A program made the translations under genes and the position numbers. Below, piece by piece: positions 1 to 9,452 of a stretch of 34,438 nucleotides of DNA. Position 1 is the stretch's first letter, and the number at the start of each line of letters is the position of its first letter. Source of the DNA: Spirogloea muscicola (taxonomy: Eukaryota); the NCBI GenBank assembly GCA_009602725.1, contig WELB01000005.1, positions 155,474 to 189,911 on the forward strand. The letters are read 5' to 3'. Under the pieces are notes generated by a model, which saw only the letters and a list, made by a program, of their open reading frames with translations, ran no database searches and was not told the origin of the DNA.

Positions 1-74
1 GCCGCCGCCGTCGCCGCCGGCGGCGGCGACGGCGGCGGCGCGAGTGGCGGGCGCGGGCGCCCAACGGTCCGCAT

Positions 75-152
75 GCCATTGAGGATAGGGGCTGGAAAAG
101 CCAGCCCAAAATAGAAGGAACAAAGTACGAGAAGGGGGCCAGGGAAAGCGCT
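75..152 (-). mobile_element. CRE-like 3'UTR stub
   Basis: Near-identical to 6490-6560 and to the reverse complement of 5715-5790 (ccattgaggataggggctggaaaagccagccc...gaaggaacaaagtacgagaaggggg). Confidence 0.8.
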
Positions 153-282
153 GTATCGTCTTGTGTTTTGTAGTGTTTTGTGGTGTAGTCATTTGTCGCT
201 GGAGCTCTTCCGATTCTCTAGAAGGGCTTTGGAAGAGCTCACTTCTTCTTCAGAAAAGAGATGCCATTCTGGTAGAAGGTGA

Positions 283-625
283 CGGCTATGATTGGCCAGC
301 CAGGAAAAGAATCAGCACTCAGCAAACTCTGAAGGGGCCAGAAAAGTGCACGCAGCGACTCAAGTTGCCACTGGGTGCTAGAACTCTCTGGTGAGCAGCC
401 GCAGGTCAAATAAATTAGTCTCTGGGTAGCAGGTCCCCTGTCTATAGCCAGAAGAAGGAGAAGAAAGAAGAAGGAAGGACGCTATAGCCAGAGGCTACAG
501 CCAAAGCGCGACTAGCACGCAGATAAAGCGCGTGTGCCATTGACCGCTGCAGCGATACTGACAGGCGCATACGAACACCTGGGCAAGAGATCCTGCCGCG
601 TTGCCATCGGCCTGCTCCCAAATGT
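283..625 (-). mobile_element. Decayed CRE-like C-terminal/3' fragment
   Basis: Minus translation AAGSLAQV/RMRLSVSLQRSMAHALYLRASRALAVASG...DLRLLTR, matching the C-terminus of the other copies. Confidence 0.8.
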
Positions 626-784
626 GGGGATGTGGGAACACTTGGGACTTGAGAACTTGGGGACACCGCTCTTGCGTGCTAGCCGGCACTTTGAGAGCGT
701 CCTGGAGACCTGCGGCTGCTCAACAGGGGATATTGAGCAGCCAGTGGTTACTTGAGTTGCTGCGTGCTGTAGCGCTATCCTGGC

Positions 785-1222
785 GCCTTCGAACATTGTT
801 CATTGATCCTGGGCTGGCCAATCACAGCCATCACCCTTTCCAGGAAGAATCTCTCTTTGGAAAGGCTCACTCAATTTGTGGGCTGGACAACCACAGCCTT
901 CGCCTTTTCCCAGAGTCATTCTTCTTCCATTTTGGAGAAGCTCACTTTGTCCTGCGGATCCGGCCCTTCCAGACCTTGTACACTTCCTTGAGCTGGCCTC
1001 TCACAGCTAGTGCCTTTCTACAGAGGAAGAGCTGTGTGAGCTGCTGACCTCCCGTCGCCGCCACCACGCCCCCTTCTCCAGCGCTCTGGGAAAGGGCGAG
1101 GAGATGTGGACGTCAAGCCCAAATCCTCCCACCCTTGCCTGCCCCTTGCCCACTCCTCTCGACCTTGTTCATTCCTTTGCGCAGGCCTCCCACAGCCATT
1201 GCCTTACAATGAAAGAGCTGTT
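785..1222 (+). repeat. Three diverged ~65-80 bp copies of a retrotransposon 3'UTR-like unit
   Basis: Unit ttgt(t/a)ca.t.c.ttg.gctggcc..cacagc....cc(t)tt...gaagagctgt at ~785-860, ~960-1040 and ~1155-1222; also at 2925-2965 and inverted at ~10452-10515. Confidence 0.65.
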
Positions 1223-1309
1223 TCGTCTCTTTCGACAACGTTTCAACAACGTGCTGTGACCCGCCACCAAGAGCAGCCGAGCCAGCAGCCGGCTTTGATG
1301 CGGTCAGGT

Positions 1310-1460
1310 CGCTTGCTAGGGTGCGCCTTGCCATCTCCCTGCAGCGTTCCTTGCCTCTTGCCGTGCACTTGCGGGCAGGCCGCGCCTTGGCTGCTGCCTC
1401 CGGGTCCCGACAGGACGACGTTATTCCGTCCTCTAGTAATGCTGATCTGCACTTGCTGAC
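1310..1460 (+). mobile_element. CRE-like C-terminal fragment
   Basis: Reads LAISLQRSLPLAVHLRAGRALAAASGSRQ...ADLHLLT. Confidence 0.75.
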
Positions 1461-1845
1461 AGAAGTCCATTGAGCGGCAGAAGTCACGAAGAGTAGTCCC
1501 GTTTATTCTGCACCTTCCGGCCCAGACAGACCTTTTCCAGTTGTTTTGGCATGCTTTTCCCACAGCCTCCTCACCCGATTTCTAAGCCCCGTGCGTTCGG
1601 ATTAAGCAGCTCTTCCTCCAAGGTCCTCGTTTCCACACTCCTTCAGAATATTGCCAATCTAGGCTACACACGACATGCAGATGTGTTCCGGCTGAGATGG
1701 GCTTGCCAGCTGCATATCTGTCGTTCTTGCGACGACGAGTTTGGGCCTGTTTGCAGCGTGCTCAGGCTAATGCTTTCCACCAGAGAGCTGGGCGAGCTCT
1801 AGTTGGTGGGCTTCGTATCTGCCATCTAGTATTCTGGCATCGATT

Positions 1846-1975
1846 AGCGACCTTCATATTTTGACCCGTGGTTACTGAGCGGGCCAATCTGCTGTAGATC
1901 ATTTAGGTCTTCAGTTTTGCTTGCCTTAGTACCTGGCCATTTGGCCTTCGTTTGTTTCAGATACACAAAATTTTC
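1846..1975 (+). mobile_element. 3' end of a second CRE-like subfamily (SDLHILTRGY* followed by a different 3'UTR)
   Basis: agcgaccttcatattttgacccgtggttactga = SDLHILTRGY*; the following ~100 bp match the insertion at 6221-6320. Confidence 0.75.
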
Positions 1976-2154
1976 TTCCTCCAACATTGAGTTGACGTAA
2001 GCAAGCTCCATTCCTCAGCGGGTGTGAATTTCTCCGCCGCTGTCTCTCAGTGCCACTGATACTGCGGCTCCGACGCGCCCCTCTAGCGCCTTCTTTCTAG
2101 CAGCCTCTGCAAACCCCTCTTCTGTATGGGCGCGCACTTCATTTCTAGCAGCAG

Positions 2155-2385
2155 GAAAGTGCTCGCCCATAGAGAAGTGGGGCTGGCAAAGCCAGCCAGG
2201 AAAGAGTGGACAATGTCCAAAGCCAAAAGAAAAGAGATGCCGAATAAAGGACTACACCTCAGAAAGCTACAAAAGGCAAGACGATGCAAAGGGAAGCTCA
2301 GTACCCGCGAGTGACATCAGGTCGGTGTAGCTCGCTGCAGGGAAAGAGGCACTCCGCCGAGCAGCAGGATCCTGGGCCGACTTCG
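2155..2385 (-). mobile_element. CRE-like 3' stub, tail-to-tail with a + strand tail at 2090-2150
   Basis: Aligns closely with 3568-3780 (cccatagagaag.ggggctggcaaagccagcc...ggacaatgtccaaagccaaa...gggaagctcagtaccc.cgagtga...tagctcgctgcagggaaagaggcactccgccgag). Confidence 0.85.
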
Positions 2386-2634
2386 CCGCAATCTTCCAAA
2401 CCGAATTAAGACAGTCCGTCCTTGTCCTTGTTATTGCCTATTGTCGTTTCCTGCCGTGCCGCCGGGTCACATCCGACAAACTGAGGTCCAGGCCCCGCCC
2501 GCCCCTTTGTGCCGCTCAAAACAAACGAGCCGTCCTCCATTGGCCACCGCGCGGGTCTCCAATCTTGCCCTGCCAAGTTCCGACCGGAAGTGAAACTGGG
2601 CTGCCATGTGTGTCAGCTTTGGGGACGAGTTCGT

Positions 2635-2965
2635 ACGCTAGCGCAGCTGTACCGCATGGGCTTGTCCGTCTCGCTGCAGAGATCCATGGCTCGCGCGTTG
2701 CGTCTGCGTGCCGGTCGTGCCCTAGCTGGCGGCGCATGTCCTCCGTTACGCAACTGGAGGTGAACGCACGGCAGCCCACGACCTCCTCAGGAATGCCATG
2801 TTTGGCATATTTGTGGAAGCCGGCTACACGGTGGCGATGGAATACACTTCCATAATGCTAATCCTCCAGAAGGCCGACGGACTACACACGCGCCGGGTCG
2901 ACTACACACACTCCGGCTCCTTCAGACCTTGTCCATTCCTTTGGGCTGGCCTCTCCCAGCCATCA
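2635..2965 (+). mobile_element. Scrambled CRE-like fragments (C-terminus, then knuckle/RLE start, then 3'UTR)
   Basis: LAQLYRMGLSVSLQRSMARALRLRAGRALA followed by HVLRYATGGERTAAHDLLRNAMFGIFVEAGYTVAME...KADGLHTRRVD, then the ttgtccattcctttgggctggc UTR motif. Confidence 0.8.
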
Positions 2966-3009
2966 GTCAATCTGGCCGCGCTTGCTTTTTCCCCTCCCTG
3001 GTACCCTTT

Positions 3010-5812
3010 TTCCGCTTGGGGTACGGTCAGCCCAGCGACCTCCTCTGGAGGACAGAGACAGGGGGTGACCAAGTGGAGGTCCTGCAGTCCCAAGCGGGCA
3101 GGCGGCAAGGGGACCCCCTCGCCGGCTTCTTCTTTGCGCCCGCCCACCACTGGGCTCTGCAGGCTACCGCGGCGGCACATCCAGGGGTCCTACTGCCCAC
3201 CTTCGCTGACGACACCACCATGGTCGGCCCTGCGAAAGACGTGGCGGCGGCCTTCGTCACCTTCGAGTGGCAGCTGGCCACCCTCGGCCTGCCCACCCTG
3301 CCGTTGAAGTGAGCGGCTTGGTCCCCCTGCGGCCTCCCATCCACCCTAGCGCTGCCCCCCGGATGCCTGACTCCTGCAGACGGCTTCACCCATCGGTGCG
3401 CCGTCCTTCGTGGAGGGGCAGCTGCGAGCCCGCCTCGAGGAGCACCTCCAGCCTGCGGCCCGGCTCCCCGAGCTGCAGGATATGCAGCTGGCTCTGGCCA
3501 TGTTGACCAAGGCCATTGCGCAGAGACCCCAGTACCTGACGCGGGCCATTCCGCCGTCCCCAGGGAGAGAAGTGCGCGCCCATAGAGAAGAGGGGCTGGC
3601 AAAGCCAGCCTAAAAAAGAATGGACAATGTCCAAAGCCAAAGAAAGACGAGCCGGAAAAAGGACTACACTACAAAATACTGCAGAACACAGAGACGATGC
3701 AGAGGGAAGCTCAGTACCCACGAGTGAGCAACATCAGGTCTGAGTAGCTCGCTGCAGGGAAAGAGGCACTCCGCCGAGACCCCGAGGCGGCTGCCATAGC
3801 ACGGCCTGCTCGCGTGTGGACGGCGTGGGCAAGGGAGCGTTGAAGCGATACGGCCAGGCGCATGCGGAAGACTTGTGCGAGCGAAGCGGCGGCGTTGAAG
3901 CCGGGCATCGCCCCTGGCAGACCCGGCCGCCGGTCAATGGCCAGGCGGGCAAGCCGCTGAATGAGATCCAGCCAGCGGCTGCCAAAAGCCCCGTGGACAT
4001 CCATCGCCAGGGCCGTATTCATCCCCCACCGGGTGATCAGCATATTTTCGCTCCTTGCCCCGGGCCGCCTGGCCGACCGCGTGCCCTGCAAACGACGCCG
4101 ACCTGGTGAGATTGGCGGAGTCGATGCAGTCTGTTGTCACCACATCAGCGATGATGCGGGGTCCGCCGCCGGGAGGGATGGCGACCAGGTCAGCGCGTCG
4201 CGTATGGGGCTGGCCGTCCACGCCCAGCTGGATGGGCATGATGGAGGAGTTCTCCACCGCGACCTTAAAGCCAGCCTCCGAAAACACCCCCTGCATACCA
4301 TCGCGCAGGAGGTCGTGGGAAGCGGTCCGCTCGCCCCCGTGTGCGCAACGGAGCGCTGGCGGCGTACGCGGGTTTCGATGCAGGGCATGGTAACGAGCCT
4401 GGCGGCCCTGGTCCGCCCCCAGGGCTTCCCCCAGTCGCCTGCCGCTCTTCATCAGGCGACGCTACCCCTCAGTTACGGCGGTCTCGGCTTGCGCCCGCTC
4501 GTCCGTTCCTGCCGGGCGGCGTACCTCGGCATCTGGGCGCAGACAGCCGCCTCCGTGGCCCAGCGCTTGTTGGTCCAAGGCCGGCGTGCGCTGGAGCAGG
4601 CGGTGGTGGAGTTAGAAACGGGTGTGCTGCTTTTCCAGGCGTCGCTGCGGTCCGCCCACCAGGAGCTGCTCGCGGCGCACCCGGACCTGGCGGGCCAGGC
4701 GGTCTCCTTTGCGCACCTCGCGCACACCGCCGACCTGCGCGTCCAGGCGCGCTTCGCAGCCGCGATGGACAAGGCCGCCTTCACCACCGCCTTGCTGCAG
4801 CTCCCGGAGGCCGACCTGCGCGGGCGCGAGACTCCACTTGGCCTCTTCCCCGGGGGCCGCGGCGTGGCTCCAGGCCCTCCCCCTCAACGACGCCCTCACT
4901 CTCCCCGACGAGGTATTTCGCAGTGCCGTCCACCGGCTCCTGGGCCTGCCGCCGCCGTGCCTCCAGGGTGTGCGTCAGTGCGAATGTGGCGAGCGAGGGG
5001 CCGAGCCTGGGGAGCTGGCCGCTCATGTTCTGCGCTGTTCCCACGGCGGAGAGCGGACAGCGGCCCACGACCGCCTCCGGGATGCGATGCATGACATCCT
5101 GGTGGAGGCTGGCTTCTCGGTGGCAGCGGAGAACTCCGCCGTCATGCTGCTCCAGCGAGCTCCAGCAAAGGGCCGACGGTCTCCACGCACGTCGCGTAGA
5201 CCTTGTGGCCACCCCACAAGCCGGCGGGCCACGTCTTGTCCTGGACGTGGTGACCACAGATGCATACGACCGCTCAGAGCCAGCCCAATGTGCCATCAAG
5301 GCTGGGTATGTGGTCGCCTGCGCCGCTCGAGCTAAGGAGCTCAAATATGCTGATCATTAGCGGGAAGACGAGTTTTCCCGCTGGCTATCGACACGCATGG
5401 GGCGTTGGGCGCGAGTGGCTCGAGCTGCTCAACCAGCTCGCCCACCACGCCATCGTCCGCCGCTTCCATGGGGAGCCAGTGGACTTTCCTGCAGCCGGGT
5501 TGCTAGCGCAGGTGTACCGGATGCGCTTGGCCGTCTCGCTGCAGAGGTCTATGGCCCGCGCGCTGCACCTGCGTGCCGGCAGAGCCCTCGCTGCTGCTTC
5601 TGGCTCTGGCCAGGGGACCCAGTTCCAGGAGCCTAGCTTCTCTGACCTGAGGCTGCTTAGCAGGGTACTGAGTAAGACGTAGCTGCTTTGATTCTTGTTG
5701 TGCTTGTTTTTCTTAGCGCTTCCCCTGGGCCCCCTTCTCGTACTTTGTTCCTTCTTTTTTGGGCTGGCTTATTAGCCCCTATCCTTAATAGGCGAGCCCT
5801 TTCTTCTCTATC
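3010..5812 (+). mobile_element. Degenerate, 5'-truncated CRE-clade-like (RLE-type) non-LTR retrotransposon; interrupted by a nested copy at 3563-4357
   Basis: RT motifs QGDPL (3106-3120) and FADD (3202-3213); thumb motif QATLPLSYGGLGL (~4453-4491); CxCx12Hx3C knuckle CECG...HVLRC (~4979-5038); RLE-like RRVDLV...VLDVVTTD...AKELKY (~5190-5348); C-terminal RMRLAVSLQRS; 3'UTR with hairpin and CT-rich tail. Stops at 3310-3312 and 5358-5360 plus frameshifts, so inactive. Confidence 0.9.
3563..4357 (-). mobile_element. Nested 5'-truncated CRE-like copy (end of knuckle, RLE domain, C-terminus, 3'UTR)
   Basis: Minus ORFs read ALRCAHGGERTASHDLLRD...RRADLVAIP...IIADVVTTD...GKERKYADH and LAQVFRMRLAVSLQRS...SDLMLLTRGY*; the host + ORF stops at RAIPPSP (3562) and resumes ALAAYAGFD (~4353). 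Confidence 0.9.
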
Positions 5813-5862
5813 TCTAAAATAACAAGCTCTTCCAGTGGAAGGCAGGGGCTGTCATCCGTCCC

Positions 5863-5957
5863 AGGCTCACGCAGTGCACTTGCGGGCAGGCCGTGCCATG
5901 GCGGCTGCTTCTGGGTCTCGTCGGAGTGCCTCAAGGGGCGAGCCCTTCTTCTTCTTT
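5863..5957 (+). mobile_element. CRE-like C-terminal fragment joined to a 3' tail
   Basis: AHAVHLRAGRAMAAASGSRRSAS then ggggcgagcccttcttcttcttt. Confidence 0.7.
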
Positions 5958-5959
5958 AC

Positions 5960-6690
5960 AAGAAGAAGCTCGCCCCATTTAAGGTGGTGGCTGGGAAAGA
6001 AAGGCCAGCCCAGAGGAAAAAGAAGAAAGGGCTCGCCCACTTGGAAGCCCATTTTGGGCTGGCTTGGAAAAAGCCAGCCCAAAAGGAAGGAACAAAGTAC
6101 GAGAAGGGGGCCAGGGAAGCGCCAAGAAAACAAGCACAGCAAGAAACAAAGCAGCTACGTATTACTCAGTAACCCCTGCTAAGCAGCCTCAGGGCAGAGA
6201 AGCTAGGCTCCTGGAAGTGGTTACTGAGCGGGTCAATCTACTGTAGGTTATGTAGGTCTTAAGATGTGCTTGCCTTTGTACTTAGCCATATGGCCTTCGT
6301 TTGTTTCAAATACACAAAATTCCTCGAAGTGGGTTCCCTGGCTGGAGCCAGAGAGGCAGCAAAGAAAGGCCAGCCCAGAGGAAAGAAGAAAGCGGCTGCT
6401 GATATTAAAAGAGCGGCTGTGAAAGCCAGCCAGATGCATACAGGTGTTCATGACGGAGCCACCAAAAGGAGAGAGAGGGAGAAGGGCTCGCCCATTGAGG
6501 ATAGGGGCTGGAAAAAGCCAGCCCAGAAAAGAATGTACAAAGGACGAGAAGGGGCCAGGGGAAGTACGAAGAACAACAAGCACAGAAAAGAAGCGAAGCA
6601 GCTACGAAGCACTCAGTAACCCCTGCTAAGCAGCCTCAGGTCAGAGAGACTGGGTTCCTGGAAGCGGGTCCCCTGGCCAGAGCCAGAGGC
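5960..6690 (-). mobile_element. Tandem stack of CRE-like 3' ends (at least 3-4 stubs) running into the gap
   Basis: Repeated gctcgccc...gccagccc...gaagggg(g)ccaggg...actcagtaacccctgctaagcagcctcagg at ~5960-6010, ~6020-6360 and ~6470-6690; the last reads ASGSGQGTRFQEPSLSDLRLLSRGY* on minus. Confidence 0.85.
6221..6320 (+). mobile_element. 100-bp 3'-stub insertion with 12-bp target-site duplication
   Basis: Flanked by tcctggaagtgg (6209-6220) and tcctcgaagtgg (6321-6332); the insert matches ~1872-1972. Confidence 0.8.
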
Positions 6691-7621
6691 NNNNNNNNNN
6701 NNNNNNNNNNNNNNNNNNNNNNNNNNNNNNNNNNNNNNNNNNNNNNNNNNNNNNNNNNNNNNNNNNNNNNNNNNNNNNNNNNNNNNNNNNNNNNNNNNNN
6801 NNNNNNNNNNNNNNNNNNNNNNNNNNNNNNNNNNNNNNNNNNNNNNNNNNNNNNNNNNNNNNNNNNNNNNNNNNNNNNNNNNNNNNNNNNNNNNNNNNNN
6901 NNNNNNNNNNNNNNNNNNNNNNNNNNNNNNNNNNNNNNNNNNNNNNNNNNNNNNNNNNNNNNNNNNNNNNNNNNNNNNNNNNNNNNNNNNNNNNNNNNNN
7001 NNNNNNNNNNNNNNNNNNNNNNNNNNNNNNNNNNNNNNNNNNNNNNNNNNNNNNNNNNNNNNNNNNNNNNNNNNNNNNNNNNNNNNNNNNNNNNNNNNNN
7101 NNNNNNNNNNNNNNNNNNNNNNNNNNNNNNNNNNNNNNNNNNNNNNNNNNNNNNNNNNNNNNNNNNNNNNNNNNNNNNNNNNNNNNNNNNNNNNNNNNNN
7201 NNNNNNNNNNNNNNNNNNNNNNNNNNNNNNNNNNNNNNNNNNNNNNNNNNNNNNNNNNNNNNNNNNNNNNNNNNNNNNNNNNNNNNNNNNNNNNNNNNNN
7301 NNNNNNNNNNNNNNNNNNNNNNNNNNNNNNNNNNNNNNNNNNNNNNNNNNNNNNNNNNNNNNNNNNNNNNNNNNNNNNNNNNNNNNNNNNNNNNNNNNNN
7401 NNNNNNNNNNNNNNNNNNNNNNNNNNNNNNNNNNNNNNNNNNNNNNNNNNNNNNNNNNNNNNNNNNNNNNNNNNNNNNNNNNNNNNNNNNNNNNNNNNNN
7501 NNNNNNNNNNNNNNNNNNNNNNNNNNNNNNNNNNNNNNNNNNNNNNNNNNNNNNNNNNNNNNNNNNNNNNNNNNNNNNNNNNNNNNNNNNNNNNNNNNNN
7601 NNNNNNNNNNNNNNNNNNNNN
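6691..7621. other. Assembly gap (N run)
   Basis: Run of n. Confidence 1.
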
Positions 7622-9452
7622 GGCGGCGGCGGCGGCGGCCGCCGCATTGGCGGGCTCAAGCGCCGTCCATTCGTCCCAGCGGCCGAGCGCAGTGCCAAGG
7701 CCTGCTGTGCCGAGGCGACCGCCCGGGCGGCGGCGGCTCCTTGTGCCGCCGCTGGCCGGTGACGGCGGCGGTGGCGGAGGCGGCGGGAGCGCTGGCAGCT
7801 ACTGGCAGCGCCTGCTGCCGGCGCTGGACCCGCAGCTGTGGCCTGGGCCCCATGACGGCGGCGCCTCCGCCGCCGCCCCGGGGCCGCCGGCGCTCGACCT
7901 CGGCGGCTGCGTCTTCTGCGACGTCGTCCATGGCCGCAGCCCGGCTTATAAGGTGCGCCTGCTTCTAATTGCACCAATTAGATAAGCTTAATTGCGCTTT
8001 ATCGCCTACCTAAGTGCACCAATTTGGCGTCCAGGGCTTGCCCCGCAGACGTCCTTTCCCCAGCTCTGCCATGGACGCCCTGCCTGCTGACCAGCACCGC
8101 CACTCCTGCCGCCGCTGTCGCGCCCGCCGCTGCCGCAGCTGTACGAGGACGACGCCTGCCTCTGCATCCTGGACGCAAGCCCGCTGAGCCTCGGGTGTGG
8201 CCTCCTCAGAACCCTGGACCTTAAAGTGTTACTTAAATTCAAGGCCGCCAGGCGCCAGGCGCCCAGGTGGCCAGCTTGTGCAACGTCGCCTGTCGCGGCT
8301 GCGGCTGCGGATGTCGCAAGCCGCATGGCTGCCTCTGGGTGCCAACTCACTGAGTGGTGGACTGCCTGAGTGCTGCACACTCAGGCACTCGCTGGTCATC
8401 CCCCGTGCGCACTACGCCTGCCTCCAGGCAACGCCGCCGCAGGTCGGCTTCTGAATCCACTGCTGCCGCTCCTCAGGCGGTGCCTAGCTTCAGGGCCGCC
8501 ATGGCTGCCCTCACATTGCATAAGCTGCTGGCGGTACCAATAGCCTGTCTCACGCTCTCCGGCAGGTGGCAGCGGCCATGTGCGCTGCGGTGCCGCTCCT
8601 GAGCTCAGCCCTCCTCAAGGCCACCAGCTCCGGTTGCTGCAGCAGCCCTACCGTGCATGCCCTGTGACCATGCATTCAAGTGTAGGTCTTAGATGATGCT
8701 CTCTGTCCATGCAGCTATACGCGTTATCCTGGACCCCGCCAGAATGCCCAAGCCTGCAGCTCTTAGAGCCTCGTGTCTAGTAGCCAGACTCTTGTAGCCT
8801 TACCAACGGGACCACCTCGCCAAGCCTTGCTGGTGGTTGCGAGCCCCTGGCCACATGGGCCGCGACTGATTTGCCGGGGCGCGGTGGCGGCGGGTGCAGA
8901 TGCTTTTAATCTGCTCGTGAACAGCGGCGCTGAAGCGGGGCAGGTCGTATTCCACGTGAGTGGATGCCGCTCGAGCTGCTGCCATATTTTGCCTCACAAA
9001 GTTGTAGCATGCAAGTGTGAGGCCGTGGCTTTGGACAGGACTGAGGCAGCACATAGCTGACATGCAAACCACACCTCGCATTCGCTGGCTGACACTGCGC
9101 AGACGCACTTTCACATAATCCCGCGGCGCAAGGGCGATGGACTGTGGAACTCGGAGGTCGGAGGCCCCCACCCACCTCCACCCCCCTCCCTTCGCCCCAG
9201 CTAACAGCATCCAGAGTTGCATGCTGTCGCCCAAGCCAAAAGCTGAGCCCTGGTTGCCAATCCATACTCTTAAGTGCTCGTGCAATGTCCTCTTGGCACC
9301 ATTGCTTCTTGACGAGCTCCTCCGTGGCTGGGGAACGTTTCATGGTGCAGTCTGGGCAGCGGCGCCCGCTGCAGGAGATGTACGACGCAGGCCTGCTCGC
9401 CAAACAGGTGAAGATGGAGCTGGAGGAGCCATCGGGGACGGCATCAGGCTGA
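7622..9452 (+). CDS. HINT3: HIT-family nucleotide hydrolase, HINT3-like (adenylylsulfatase-type); start probably in the gap
   Basis: Exons <7622-7952, 8139-8194, 8385-8442, 8566-8632, 8900-8955, 9103-9156, 9351-9452, all GT-AG and phase-compatible: GCVFCDVVHGRSPAYK|LYEDDACLCILDASPLSLG|HSLVIPRAHY...|DAFNLLVNSGAEAGQVVFH|THFHIIPRRKGDGLW. Histidine triad HTHFHII. Confidence 0.9.

Noticed and set aside
785..1222. Repeat-spacer pattern as a CRISPR-like array
   Set aside because: The units are long, heavily diverged, irregularly spaced and match the retrotransposon 3'UTR; the context is eukaryotic with no cas genes.
6613..7977. 454-aa minus ORF across the first gap
   Set aside because: It joins antisense HINT3 exon 1 to a retrotransposon C-terminus through Ns.
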